Assembly (NCBI GenBank): GCA_044229075.1
Contig: JBGATS010000004.1
Coordinates: forward strand, 878-64,877
Length of the DNA: 64,000 nucleotides
Direction of reading: 5' to 3'
From: Minisyncoccia bacterium
GTDB taxonomy: Bacteria > Patescibacteriota > Minisyncoccia > Phycocordibacterales > UBA1006
Shown here: piece by piece, positions 19,510 to 28,888 of the stretch
Numbering within the stretch: position 1 is the stretch's first letter
How the letters are laid out: each line of letters begins with the position of its first letter
The notes under the pieces: model-generated
Database searches by the model: none
Told to the model about the DNA's origin: nothing
Seen by the model: only the letters and a program-made list of their open reading frames with translations
Translations under genes and position numbers: made by a program

Positions 19510-21435
19510 TTACCACTCCAAATACACGGTTTTCAATGGCTCATCAGGAATATCACCAGTATCTGCATAGTTGAGAAGTTCCATCGGAATATCTGACAAA
19601 AACTCTGACGGTGCATTGAAGTTTTGCTGACCATACACAGTTCGCGCATACGCATGTGACAAGTATAATCGTTCGCGTGCACGCGTAACGGCTACATAGA
19701 ACAGTCTGCGTTCCTCTTCTTGCTCCTCTTTCCCTTTTTTCTGATCGTAGCCTGCATGCGGAAACAATCCTTGCTCCATTCCTGATACGAACACATAATC
19801 GAATTCGAGTCCTTTTGCAGCGTGTACGGTCATCAGGCGTACTGCTGGTCGGTCATCGCGCATATTGTCCTGTTCTGATAATAATGCAATATCCTCGAGC
19901 ATACGTAAGATTCCCTCACCAACTTCAATGTCGTCATAACGCAGTGCATAGGTTACTAATTCTTCCATTGTTTCTAATCGCTCCTGTTCATCGGCTGATC
20001 CATTGCTATATACCGTAAACATACCCGATCGATGAATCGCATAGCGAACCGTTTCTGATGGAATTTTATCAAAGGCTACCTTTCGAATATCATTGATAAT
20101 GTTCTGAAAATCTCTGTAGCCGCCACTTGCTGCACCTGATAATTCATTTGCTTGGCCGGCAAATATTTTTGCGAGTGCAACTTTGCCGATACCACGTTTT
20201 GGTTCGTTGATCACGCGTTTAATATCTGACAGACTTTCTGGATTGATTGCTGCACGAATATAGGAAACCAAATCTTTTATTTCCTTTCGTTCGAAAAATT
20301 TTACACCCAATACTTGATAGGGAATTTCATGATGCAAGCATGCTTCCTCGAGTGCTCGTGATTGGAAATGTGTTCGATAGAGAACTGAAATTTCAGTTGC
20401 AGGAATTCCATTAGACAATAGTGTTTTAATTTCACTTGCGATCAATGACGCCTCGTGTGATTCGTTCAGCCCGATAAAAAGTGTTATTGGTTCACCTGCA
20501 GGTTTTTCTGTGCGTAATGTTTTCTCGATTCGAGTTGTGTTCTTGGTAATAATTGCATCAGCTACAGACAAAATATTTGCTGTTGATCGATAATTTTGTT
20601 CGAGTAAGATTGTGACCGTTCCTGGAAAATCTCGTTCAAAGTTCAGCATGTTTTTAATATTTGCACCACGCCAGCTGTAGATATTTTGATCAGTGTCACC
20701 TACGGCACAAATATTATGAGCCGTTCCTGCCAAAAGTTTTGCAATCTGGTATTGAATTTCATTGGTATCTTGGTATTCGTCAATATGCACATATTTGAAT
20801 TTTTCTTGTAATATCTTTCTAACATCTGCGTTTTCCTCTATCAAGTCTTTCGTTTTAACTAATAGATCATCAAAATCAAGTGCATGTTCGGCTTGTTTTT
20901 TTTGCTCGTATAATCGCCAAATATTCAACGCGTGACTGGTCACCGTACTATGCACATCGGTTTCAAATGTTCCAGGTTTCTTACCTGCATTTTTTGCATT
21001 ACTGATAATAGTTTTGATTGTACGCGGATCATACTGTTTTGGATCGATGGAAAGTTCCTCCATACAATCCTTGATCAGTCGCGTGGTGTCAGTTGTATCC
21101 ATGATGACGAATTCTTTTCGTAATTTTGCCTCGTGATAAAATTGTCGCAAGATATATACACCCAATCCGTGAAATGTTTTCATAATCGGCATCGATCGAT
21201 GTTCCCCTAACAGTTTGTGAAGCCGTTCTCGCATTTCAGTTGCTGCTTTATTGGTAAAGGTGATCGCCAGAATATTATCTGCAGAAACACCGTTTTTGAT
21301 CAGGTGTAAAATACGATAGGTTAATGTTTTTGTTTTTCCTGTTCCAGCACCAGCAACGATTAATAATGGTCCGTTGGTATGAAGCACTGCCCGTTGTTGT
21401 TCTAGATTGAGGTCATTCAAATAAGATTCGTTCAT
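19510..21435 (-). CDS. pcrA: ATP-dependent DNA helicase, UvrD/PcrA/Rep family
   Basis: GPLLIVAGAGTGKTKTLTYRILHLI and UvrD-family motifs throughout 641 aa. Confidence 0.9.
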   Translation of the reverse strand: MNESYLNDLNLEQQRAVLHTNGPLLIVAGAGTGKTKTLTYRILHLIKNGVSADNILAITFTNKAATEMRERLHKLLGEHRSMPIMKTFHGLGVYILRQFYHEAKLRKEFVIMDTTDTTRLIKDCMEELSIDPKQYDPRTIKTIISNAKNAGKKPGTFETDVHSTVTSHALNIWRLYEQKKQAEHALDFDDLLVKTKDLIEENADVRKILQEKFKYVHIDEYQDTNEIQYQIAKLLAGTAHNICAVGDTDQNIYSWRGANIKNMLNFERDFPGTVTILLEQNYRSTANILSVADAIITKNTTRIEKTLRTEKPAGEPITLFIGLNESHEASLIASEIKTLLSNGIPATEISVLYRTHFQSRALEEACLHHEIPYQVLGVKFFERKEIKDLVSYIRAAINPESLSDIKRVINEPKRGIGKVALAKIFAGQANELSGAASGGYRDFQNIINDIRKVAFDKIPSETVRYAIHRSGMFTVYSNGSADEQERLETMEELVTYALRYDDIEVGEGILRMLEDIALLSEQDNMRDDRPAVRLMTVHAAKGLEFDYVFVSGMEQGLFPHAGYDQKKGKEEQEEERRLFYVAVTRARERLYLSHAYARTVYGQQNFNAPSEFLSDIPMELLNYADTGDIPDEPLKTVYLEW

Positions 21436-21555
21436 GATTACTAGTATATCAATTTTTCATAAAAGGTAAGTATGTTAAAAAAAGAAAATGTGGTCAAAAA
21501 ATGTGTTTTAAAAATGACTTGTATCTGTTTCCTAATACTGATATACTCATCGTAT

Positions 21556-21930
21556 ATGTCAAAAGAAACAAAGATTTTTATTGGAATTATTATTGGATTA
21601 ATTGTATTCATTGGTGGACTGTTTATTATTAACATGAAAACTCCTGGTAAATATGACGAATTCGCACAATGTATTACTGATTCTGGTGCAAAATTCTATG
21701 GAGCATTCTGGTGCCCGCACTGCCAAGCACAAAAGCAACTCTTTGGAAAATCTGCGAAAAAACTTCCCTATATCGAATGTTCAACTCCTGATAAACAACC
21801 CACTGCACAATGTCTCGACGCGGGAATTAAAGGGTATCCAACATGGATATTTTCTGACGGAAGCCAAGCCTCCGGTGAACAAACATTTGCACAATTAGCA
21901 GAAAAAACAGGGTGTCCTGTGCCAAAGTAA
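21556..21930 (+). CDS. Thioredoxin-fold thiol-disulfide oxidoreductase (DsbA-like), membrane-anchored
   Basis: FYGAFWCPHCQAQK contains a CxxC motif. Leaderless promoter TATACT is 8 nt before the ATG. Confidence 0.65.
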   Translation: MSKETKIFIGIIIGLIVFIGGLFIINMKTPGKYDEFAQCITDSGAKFYGAFWCPHCQAQKQLFGKSAKKLPYIECSTPDKQPTAQCLDAGIKGYPTWIFSDGSQASGEQTFAQLAEKTGCPVPK

Positions 21931-21940
21931 TCCTTCCCTT

Positions 21941-22486
21941 ATGCCTCTCGAAACATTTAATATCTTGATCGGTGCTGGCACTCTAATTCTGGGAATTATT
22001 ACCATCGCATTAATACTCTTGTACGTTATTCTGGGAAGACAAAGTACATTCATCACTACCCTCCTTAATCACAGCGTGATTGTTGGGTTCGGTATTGGAC
22101 TTGCTGCAGTGGTTGGATCACTCACCTATTCAGAATTGTATCGCTTACCGCCATGTTTATTCTGTTGGTGGCAACGAATATTTCTCTATCCACAACTCAT
22201 CATGTTTGGAATTGCCTGGTATCGAAAAAATGTGACAGATCGTTCTGACGTTTTTTATTACACAACACCGATAGCGATCATTGGCACCCTTATTTCCCTG
22301 TATCACGTTATTCTCCAACAAGGAATTATTGGTGCTTCCGGAGCATGTCTGGAAAGTGGAGTTTCTTGTACCATTATCGATATCCAAGTTTTCGGATTCT
22401 TAACCATTCCGATGATGGCGCTCTTGTTGGGAATAATTTCTTCCCTCTTAGGACTACTCGTACTCACTCACAAAAAAAATGCGTAG
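21941..22486 (+). CDS. Disulfide bond formation protein, DsbB/BdbC-like
   Basis: Multi-TM protein with PPCLFCWWQRI (CxxC motif) and a second Cys pair. Translationally coupled to the upstream DsbA-like gene. Confidence 0.65.
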   Translation: MPLETFNILIGAGTLILGIITIALILLYVILGRQSTFITTLLNHSVIVGFGIGLAAVVGSLTYSELYRLPPCLFCWWQRIFLYPQLIMFGIAWYRKNVTDRSDVFYYTTPIAIIGTLISLYHVILQQGIIGASGACLESGVSCTIIDIQVFGFLTIPMMALLLGIISSLLGLLVLTHKKNA

Positions 22487-22574
22487 CGTTTTTTTTGTGA
22501 GTGAGTACTCTTTGTTCACGTATCTCATGTCGGCTTTACTAGATTTTTTACTCTTTCTGGGTATACTGCATGAT

Positions 22575-23036
22575 ATGCATCGACACTTCACTATCGACGA
22601 CTTGGAGAATTTAGAACGAGTAATGACTACGTTTTATGAAGACCTTGTCTCCTATTACCAAAAAAACCCTCCTGAAAAAGCGGTTATTATTACACTATCT
22701 GGCGATCTTGGTGCAGGAAAAACAACCACAACCCAGATACTCGCGAGACTCCTAGGTATCTCTGAAACCGTCCAGAGCCCGACATTTGTGATAAAAAAAG
22801 TTTACACGACAACTCATCCTCTCTTCAAAAAACTCATCCATATTGACGCATATCGGCTCGCTGACAACCCTTCGCTTGCTGTATTGCGACTTGATGAAGA
22901 CTTTCTTGACTCTACTGCATGTATTGCCGTGGAGTGGCCAGAGATAATTACGAACCACCTCCCTGACAACTGTATCACGTTCACCTTTTCACATACACAA
23001 ACTGGTCGGGAGTTAACCATTATTACTCCTTGGTAA
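22575..23036 (+). CDS. tsaE: tRNA threonylcarbamoyladenosine biosynthesis protein TsaE
   Basis: ITLSGDLGAGKTTTTQILARLLGISETVQSPTFVI. Leaderless promoter TATACT is 7 nt before the ATG. Confidence 0.8.
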   Translation: MHRHFTIDDLENLERVMTTFYEDLVSYYQKNPPEKAVIITLSGDLGAGKTTTTQILARLLGISETVQSPTFVIKKVYTTTHPLFKKLIHIDAYRLADNPSLAVLRLDEDFLDSTACIAVEWPEIITNHLPDNCITFTFSHTQTGRELTIITPW

Positions 23037-23073
23037 AAAACCACTCAAGAAATCATGAGCGGTTTTTTATAAA

Positions 23074-23598
23074 TTAATTATGAAGCGCAGCAATTTCTTG
23101 CAAGATATCCTGACGACCCTGGCGATACGCTTTTTGGATCAAATCTTTAACGTGATTCGGATCTTTTACTCCGTAAATTCGAAATTCTTGCGATTCACCT
23201 GCTGTTTGTACGAGCACCACTCCAATTCCTAATAACGTTTCCAGAAATCCGGCTTCGGTGGTGGTAATATCCTGAATACGATCAAGCGAGAGCGTGGAAA
23301 CTTTTCGAGAAAATAACGAAACCTGTTCTACGTCGATGAGTCGTTCATCAGTGAGAATCCATGTATCGAGCATGAAATCTGTCCATTCAACAAAAAACGT
23401 TACCCAGAGAATGATCAGGTATGAAAAATACAATACTGATCCATATCCTTGCAATGAAATTAATGGGCCAATAAAAGGAATAATCAGCATAGGAAGTACT
23501 GCGAGGAAGATATATTTTGCAATTGCAATCCAAATAAAAAATGGATGTTTCCGGAAAATTGCAATTAATTGTTCTGTTGGGTTTAATTCGAATTTCAT
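23074..23598 (-). CDS. Membrane protein with a bacterial PH (bPH_2, YdbS/YdbT-like) domain
   Basis: LTDERLIDVEQVSLFSRKVSTLSLDRIQDITTTEAGFLETLLGIGVVLVQTAG. Confidence 0.65.
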   Translation of the reverse strand: MKFELNPTEQLIAIFRKHPFFIWIAIAKYIFLAVLPMLIIPFIGPLISLQGYGSVLYFSYLIILWVTFFVEWTDFMLDTWILTDERLIDVEQVSLFSRKVSTLSLDRIQDITTTEAGFLETLLGIGVVLVQTAGESQEFRIYGVKDPNHVKDLIQKAYRQGRQDILQEIAALHN

Positions 23599-23603
23599 AT
23601 CTA

Positions 23604-23789
23604 TTACAGGGCACTGATACTGGTGAACAGCGCCATAATTAAAACTACTAATCCGACCATGTACACGGTAAATACACCAGCACCTTTACCCTGTTCTGGC
23701 ATATAGGTTTTCCAGTGCCACATGAGCGCCGCAGAAACACCGAACACCAAAATAACTAATACAAAAAACGCAATTGTCATCATATTCAT
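23604..23789 (-). CDS. Small two-TM membrane protein
   Basis: MNMMTIAFFVLVILVFGVSAALMWHW...VYMVGLVVLIMALF. Confidence 0.4.
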   Translation of the reverse strand: MNMMTIAFFVLVILVFGVSAALMWHWKTYMPEQGKGAGVFTVYMVGLVVLIMALFTSISAL

Positions 23790-23930
23790 AGTACGGTTAG
23801 TATACCATAGAAACGCCTTGCGTAAAAACCAGATTCGTGCGATACTACGGGTATGTATTTTGGCTCGATCGTGTAAACGCAAGTGCTCATAAATACGGTC
23901 GAGTTTTATTTGGAAAACATTCAATCTCTC

Positions 23931-24197
23931 ATGCAAAATAACCTGTATGTAAGTTCCCTTGCTTGGGCAACTACTGATGATTCATTGCGCGCATACTTTG
24001 CCACTGTTGGTGAAGTAAAAAGTGCTATGGTTATCAAAGACAAAATGTCAGGACGATCTCGAGGATTTGGATTCGTTGAAATGGCTGATGATGCTACTGC
24101 GGCTGAAGCTGTTGCAAAACTCAACGAAACTGATCTTGATGGACGTAACATTCGTGTTGCGATCGCTCAACCTCGTGAAGAACGACCACGACAATAG
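23931..24197 (+). CDS. RRM-type RNA-binding protein
   Basis: RNP-2 LYVSSL and RNP-1 RGFGFVEM. Confidence 0.8.
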   Translation: MQNNLYVSSLAWATTDDSLRAYFATVGEVKSAMVIKDKMSGRSRGFGFVEMADDATAAEAVAKLNETDLDGRNIRVAIAQPREERPRQ

Positions 24198-24283
24198 TCA
24201 CAAAGAAAAACTACCCAATCGGGTAGTTTTTCTTTTAAAAAAATCCGCATCATTTGATGCGGATAAACATTATGTTCAAAAAA

Positions 24284-25249
24284 TTAGTTTCTTAATATTG
24301 ACCAATCATTCTGATAAACACTACTCGTATTATAAAAATTTGTTTTTACCCCAGTCCATCTGGCAAGAATAGTCATATCTTTAATATGGGCTGACCCTAT
24401 AACTAGAGCACCATTTTTTTTCTGATTATTCAATAAAAAATCAATCAATTTATAATATGCAATATATGATCTCAAGAGAATTATTTTTTTATTAATTGCA
24501 TAATAAGGACTCTCTGGATTAAAACCACCTAACATTAATGTAATCCCATTAAAAAAATGAATAATACTGTCCTCTATTCCAATAATATTAGTCTGGTTTG
24601 GAAAAGAATTTGATTCCAGTAAAGATTGAAACGCATTCTTGTTACGACAATCAATCACACTTTTAATACTTATACTCGAAATAGTACTTAATGCAATACC
24701 TAAATCATCTATATTTTTCCCATACGATTTGTTTGTAGTTATAAAATTATCAAAAAAAGAAATATTTTTATTCCATACTTTTCCTGAAAAACTTTCCATT
24801 CCAACTACTGGGTAATTATTTTTTGTAAGCAAATCTTTTATTATTGACTGGCTTTGCAAAACAATAACTTCCTGTTGTTCATCTTGAAACGCAGATATAT
24901 GTGTTTGTCCGATAATATCAACTTCTGAAATTTCATCCTTTTTTAAAACGAGTATCGAGTCAATACTTATCGACCATTTTACCAATTCATCAAGTTTAAT
25001 TAAAATGTCTTTAATCAGATTAGAGTCTGAATAATTATTTTGATTGATTATTTTTTTTATATCACCAGAAACTTGGGTAAATGGTGACTGATATTGCAAA
25101 GCAATATTTCTCTTATAATCAATTGTAAACAAATAAGACTCGTGTTTTTCTTCTTGTTTTACTTCTCTTTTTGCTGTTTCGCCGCTTTTTGCGTTTGCTA
25201 TCACGATTCCTAGAATCATGAAACAAAAAATTATTATTAATTTTTTCAT
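24284..25249 (-). CDS. Secreted TraB/GumN/Tiki-family protein (putative metalloprotease-like)
   Basis: Signal peptide. N-terminal IIGQTHISAF and C-terminal ALVIGSAHIKD resemble the GTxH and GxxH family motifs. Confidence 0.45.
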   Translation of the reverse strand: MKKLIIIFCFMILGIVIANAKSGETAKREVKQEEKHESYLFTIDYKRNIALQYQSPFTQVSGDIKKIINQNNYSDSNLIKDILIKLDELVKWSISIDSILVLKKDEISEVDIIGQTHISAFQDEQQEVIVLQSQSIIKDLLTKNNYPVVGMESFSGKVWNKNISFFDNFITTNKSYGKNIDDLGIALSTISSISIKSVIDCRNKNAFQSLLESNSFPNQTNIIGIEDSIIHFFNGITLMLGGFNPESPYYAINKKIILLRSYIAYYKLIDFLLNNQKKNGALVIGSAHIKDMTILARWTGVKTNFYNTSSVYQNDWSILRN

Positions 25250-25378
25250 ACTATTCTCTTTTTTAAAGAATAGATATAGTATATATTATATTAGATATTT
25301 GTCAAATATTAATTTGACCTTATAAAAACTGCATCAAATGATGCAGTTAATTTGACTTAGAGATTTAAAATTTTTATT

Positions 25379-26227
25379 TCAAGACATAACATGGTCCCAA
25401 AAAACCTTATTGGGGAGTAATAAAATATTCATAAAAGCTTCCTCTTTTGTAATATTATTGAAAACTTCTTCCTTAAATGATTCTTTAATTCTTTCTTCTG
25501 GAGAAAAGGCGTAATCTTGATAAACATATTCAGTCATAATTCTTTGTTGAAAGTGAATATTTTTTGCGTGATAGGCTCCTGTGATTATTACAATTGTTTC
25601 AAAATTGCACACCTGACATTTGTTCTGTAAATGATATTCTAGGGAGTTAATTATTACGTCTTCACACCCATGCTTTATTTCATGATTAATCGTATTGCAA
25701 AAATCTTCTACTCCTTGACTTAAAAAGTCGGCAAAAACCTCTCGTATTTTTTCTTTCTGTACAGAAATTCTTTTTTTAATGAATAAGTATTGAAATAGTT
25801 CATTTAGATCGTGAGTATTCGGGTTTTTACTTTTAAAATTTTTAATAGAAAAATATTTGTTTTTGATTATATGCGTGAGTTTATTTATATACTCTTGAAA
25901 TAAACTGTTTTTTAATCCACGCTTATCGGCAATAACAATACTCGCTTGAATTTGCTGGAGAAACGCATTGTGTTGTTCGTTAAAAATACTTTTTAAAACA
26001 CTTATTCTATTTTCATGCTCCACTTTTACTGTGCCGCATTTGCAGTCATGTGTTTTTTGACTAATGAGCGCATCTTCAGCAATAACCAATGTCTTTTCTG
26101 ATTTTAAAATATCTCCAAAATCGTGAATTATCTCGGAAGTTATGTGCGGGTGAACTAATGACTGTTTTTTAAATCCAGCATAATCCGTGGCGTGTACAAC
26201 ACCTAATAAATAAATTTTTTTGTCCAT
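25379..26227 (-). CDS. TraB/GumN/Tiki-family protein with extra Cys motifs
   Basis: N-terminal KIYLLGVVHATD and C-terminal IVIITGAYHAKNI family motifs. Also CKCG and CQVC. Confidence 0.45.
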   Translation of the reverse strand: MDKKIYLLGVVHATDYAGFKKQSLVHPHITSEIIHDFGDILKSEKTLVIAEDALISQKTHDCKCGTVKVEHENRISVLKSIFNEQHNAFLQQIQASIVIADKRGLKNSLFQEYINKLTHIIKNKYFSIKNFKSKNPNTHDLNELFQYLFIKKRISVQKEKIREVFADFLSQGVEDFCNTINHEIKHGCEDVIINSLEYHLQNKCQVCNFETIVIITGAYHAKNIHFQQRIMTEYVYQDYAFSPEERIKESFKEEVFNNITKEEAFMNILLLPNKVFWDHVMS

Positions 26228-26361
26228 GTTACTCTATTTAGTTTTTTGGAAAATTCCAATATCTAAATTAACATATACAGAATATATGTCAATATCTCTA
26301 AAAATATTCCCTCTTTTTAAAATTATTCAACAAAAAAATCACTCTTTGGTGATCTTTTCAT

Positions 26362-28056
26362 TTACATCCTCTCTGGCGCATCTATAGCCAGTAACTGTAA
26401 TCCGTTTTTCAGGATAATTTGCACCGCACGCGCAATCGCCAACCGATGTGCCGATATTTCAGGATTCTCTCGATCGATAATTTTATGAGCTCCGTAGAAC
26501 GAATTGAACGATCGAGCGATTTCAAGTAAATATGTGACAATATAATTTGGTGCACATTCTGAAACTGCGGACTCAACAACTTCTGGAAATCGATAGAGTA
26601 ATTTTTCAATATCAGAAATAATCTGTCCATATTTAATTTCTGGAAAAATATTTTGCTCTTGTCCTTTGTCGAGCAAGGTTTGAATACGTGCGTGTGTGTA
26701 CTGCAAGTATGGACCGGAATCACCTTCAAATGAAAGACTCGTTTCTGGATCAAAATTAATATTCATTCCTGGTTTTGCCTTTAGGATTGCAAATTTTATA
26801 GCGCCAATAGCAATCGCATCTTTTGTTGCTTGATCTAATTCTCGATCCTTTGCGCGCTCGGCAACTTCCTCGGAAACAACACTAATCATATCACTTGCAA
26901 GTGGTACGCCACCCAATCGTGATGACATTTTCTGACCTTTGAACGACATGCGCCCATGATGAATGTGGATACTTTTTTCTTTCCAATCTTTATTAATATG
27001 TTCTGCAGCATCAAGTACGATATTAAAATGCGAAACCTGTTCATGATCGGTTATAAACAGTGATGCATCTGGTGAATATCGCTCAAACTTGAGATCCAGT
27101 AGCCCTAAATCCTTTGCATCGTAAGTTGGATTTCCTTGGCTATTTATGAATACTGATGTATTCAAGTTCTTTTTTGATTCATCGGGAATATACACGATTG
27201 CGCCTTCACTTTCTGTAAAGATGTTTGGTGTGTTTTCAAGAACAATCTTTTTCCCAATAACGCCCGCCTCACTTTCGTAGATATATGCATCAAAATGTGA
27301 ACCAAGTTTTCCAACAATGTCTTCAAAATAGTCTATATTAAATTTCTTGCATGTAGTATAGACAGTCAATTCTGGTGAAGGAATACACCCATACAGATTA
27401 TCCGCGATTTCCTTTATTCGTACATGGACACGTTCATCTTCATTGTATCGTTTTGTACCTTGTACATACGCATCACCTAATACTGCTATATCTGTTGGTT
27501 GGAAATCTGGCCCATGTGTCTCAAGAATAATGAAAATTGCTTTTGCAACACCAAGAGAAATGTCTGATGGAAATGATAATGTGGTCACATCGGCGCCACT
27601 TGCTCGCATTAATCGCACCAATGATTCACCTATTGCATTATTCATCATATGTCCAATATGAAACGGTTTGAACAGATTCGGCGATGAATGTTCAACAAGA
27701 ATATTCTTTCCTGTATTTATATCAAGATTCCCAAAATTATCCTTTGCTGCAAGAATTTCTGAAAGTGCTTGTACGAAAAATTCCGGTGCCAGTTTGATAT
27801 TGATAAATCCAGGTTCTGCAATTTCAAGACTTTCAATTTCCGGAATATGTATAGCCTTCAGTTCATTCACGATATCCTGTGCCAAGTCGAGCGGTTTCTT
27901 ACCAGCCAGTTTTGCAGCCACCAAGGCAGCGTTGGTTGCATAATCACCGTGAGACAATTCACCAGGATGTTCCACACTAAAACTCACCTCTGAAATACCA
28001 AGATTTGCAAGTGCCTGCGTAATAAGACTCTTAATATATACCGATGGGTTGTTCAT
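26362..28056 (-). CDS. argS: Arginine--tRNA ligase
   Basis: 564 aa with HIGH-like PFHIGHMMNNAIGES and a class I ArgRS architecture. The C-terminal DALR-like region is conserved. Confidence 0.9.
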   Translation of the reverse strand: MNNPSVYIKSLITQALANLGISEVSFSVEHPGELSHGDYATNAALVAAKLAGKKPLDLAQDIVNELKAIHIPEIESLEIAEPGFINIKLAPEFFVQALSEILAAKDNFGNLDINTGKNILVEHSSPNLFKPFHIGHMMNNAIGESLVRLMRASGADVTTLSFPSDISLGVAKAIFIILETHGPDFQPTDIAVLGDAYVQGTKRYNEDERVHVRIKEIADNLYGCIPSPELTVYTTCKKFNIDYFEDIVGKLGSHFDAYIYESEAGVIGKKIVLENTPNIFTESEGAIVYIPDESKKNLNTSVFINSQGNPTYDAKDLGLLDLKFERYSPDASLFITDHEQVSHFNIVLDAAEHINKDWKEKSIHIHHGRMSFKGQKMSSRLGGVPLASDMISVVSEEVAERAKDRELDQATKDAIAIGAIKFAILKAKPGMNINFDPETSLSFEGDSGPYLQYTHARIQTLLDKGQEQNIFPEIKYGQIISDIEKLLYRFPEVVESAVSECAPNYIVTYLLEIARSFNSFYGAHKIIDRENPEISAHRLAIARAVQIILKNGLQLLAIDAPERM

Positions 28057-28083
28057 ATGGGTACTGTAGCATAAAATAGTAAT

Positions 28084-28132
28084 AAAAAAAGCCAGTTTGC
28101 ATGCAAACTGGCTTTTGTGATCACAAAAGTGA
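28084..28132. repeat. Terminator module copy 1: hairpin GCCAGTTTGC-AT-GCAAACTGGC followed by the perfect palindrome CTTTTGTGATCACAAAAG
   Basis: Same architecture as copy 2 at 28829-28875, with compensatory stem changes. Confidence 0.6.
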
Positions 28133-28151
28133 TTCTTTCATATCTATAAAC

Positions 28152-28775
28152 TTACTTAATTTCAATATTTTGATTAGAATGATACTGAATCTTTGTAATA
28201 ACTATTTCAAAGATTTCTTTTTCAATCTCCTCAACTGATCTATTAGCACAGACTCTCGTCCAACCATATTTTTCTCCCAATTCATTGTGAATCCTTGCTA
28301 CCTTTTGAGTAAGTTCATTATCGCTCTCATGTTTATGACCTGCTTCAATTCCACTTGAGAATCGTTCTCCGTAAAAAAGGAAACAAATATCTGGTTGTAT
28401 GAGTTTAGAATTTAACCGCTCTAATAACTCTCCATTTACACCTGCACCCATACCCCAGGCGAAACTTGTACCAATATAATCCTCTGCAATCACATGAATA
28501 CCTGCTTGTAACTTTCTCTGTAGTTCGGGTTGATAGTCAATTCTATTTTGCACTTGAATTAATTGAAACTCTCGAGCAGTTAAATTATAAGGGTTGCCCT
28601 TCCTTAAATAGTCATTAAGAATTGGTCCTGTTGGCTCCAAGTCATACCGAGCATATTTAACATACTCTGCTAATATACCGTTCTTTTTTAAATTTTCTGT
28701 AAGCTTGTCTTTTGACTGTAATGTTTTACCGAGGTTGTTAATCCCGTAAAAAGCTATAAATAATCCTTTATTCAT
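28152..28775 (-). CDS. tmk: Thymidylate kinase-like P-loop nucleotide kinase
   Basis: FIAFYGINNLGKT P-loop. Adjacent to thyA. Start taken at MNKGLF. Confidence 0.6.
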   Translation of the reverse strand: MNKGLFIAFYGINNLGKTLQSKDKLTENLKKNGILAEYVKYARYDLEPTGPILNDYLRKGNPYNLTAREFQLIQVQNRIDYQPELQRKLQAGIHVIAEDYIGTSFAWGMGAGVNGELLERLNSKLIQPDICFLFYGERFSSGIEAGHKHESDNELTQKVARIHNELGEKYGWTRVCANRSVEEIEKEIFEIVITKIQYHSNQNIEIK

Positions 28776-28828
28776 AATAAAATATTTAATTTGTGAAAAA
28801 TTTTTTATAAATATACACCAAACCAAGT

Positions 28829-28875
28829 AAAAAAGCCAGTCTCGGATGAGACTGGCTTTTGTGATCACAAAAGTG
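28829..28875. repeat. Terminator module copy 2: hairpin GCCAGTCTC-GGAT-GAGACTGGC plus TTTTGTGATCACAAAAG
   Basis: Lies between the thyA stop and the tmk start. Confidence 0.6.
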
Positions 28876-28888
28876 TAGTTTTAAATTT

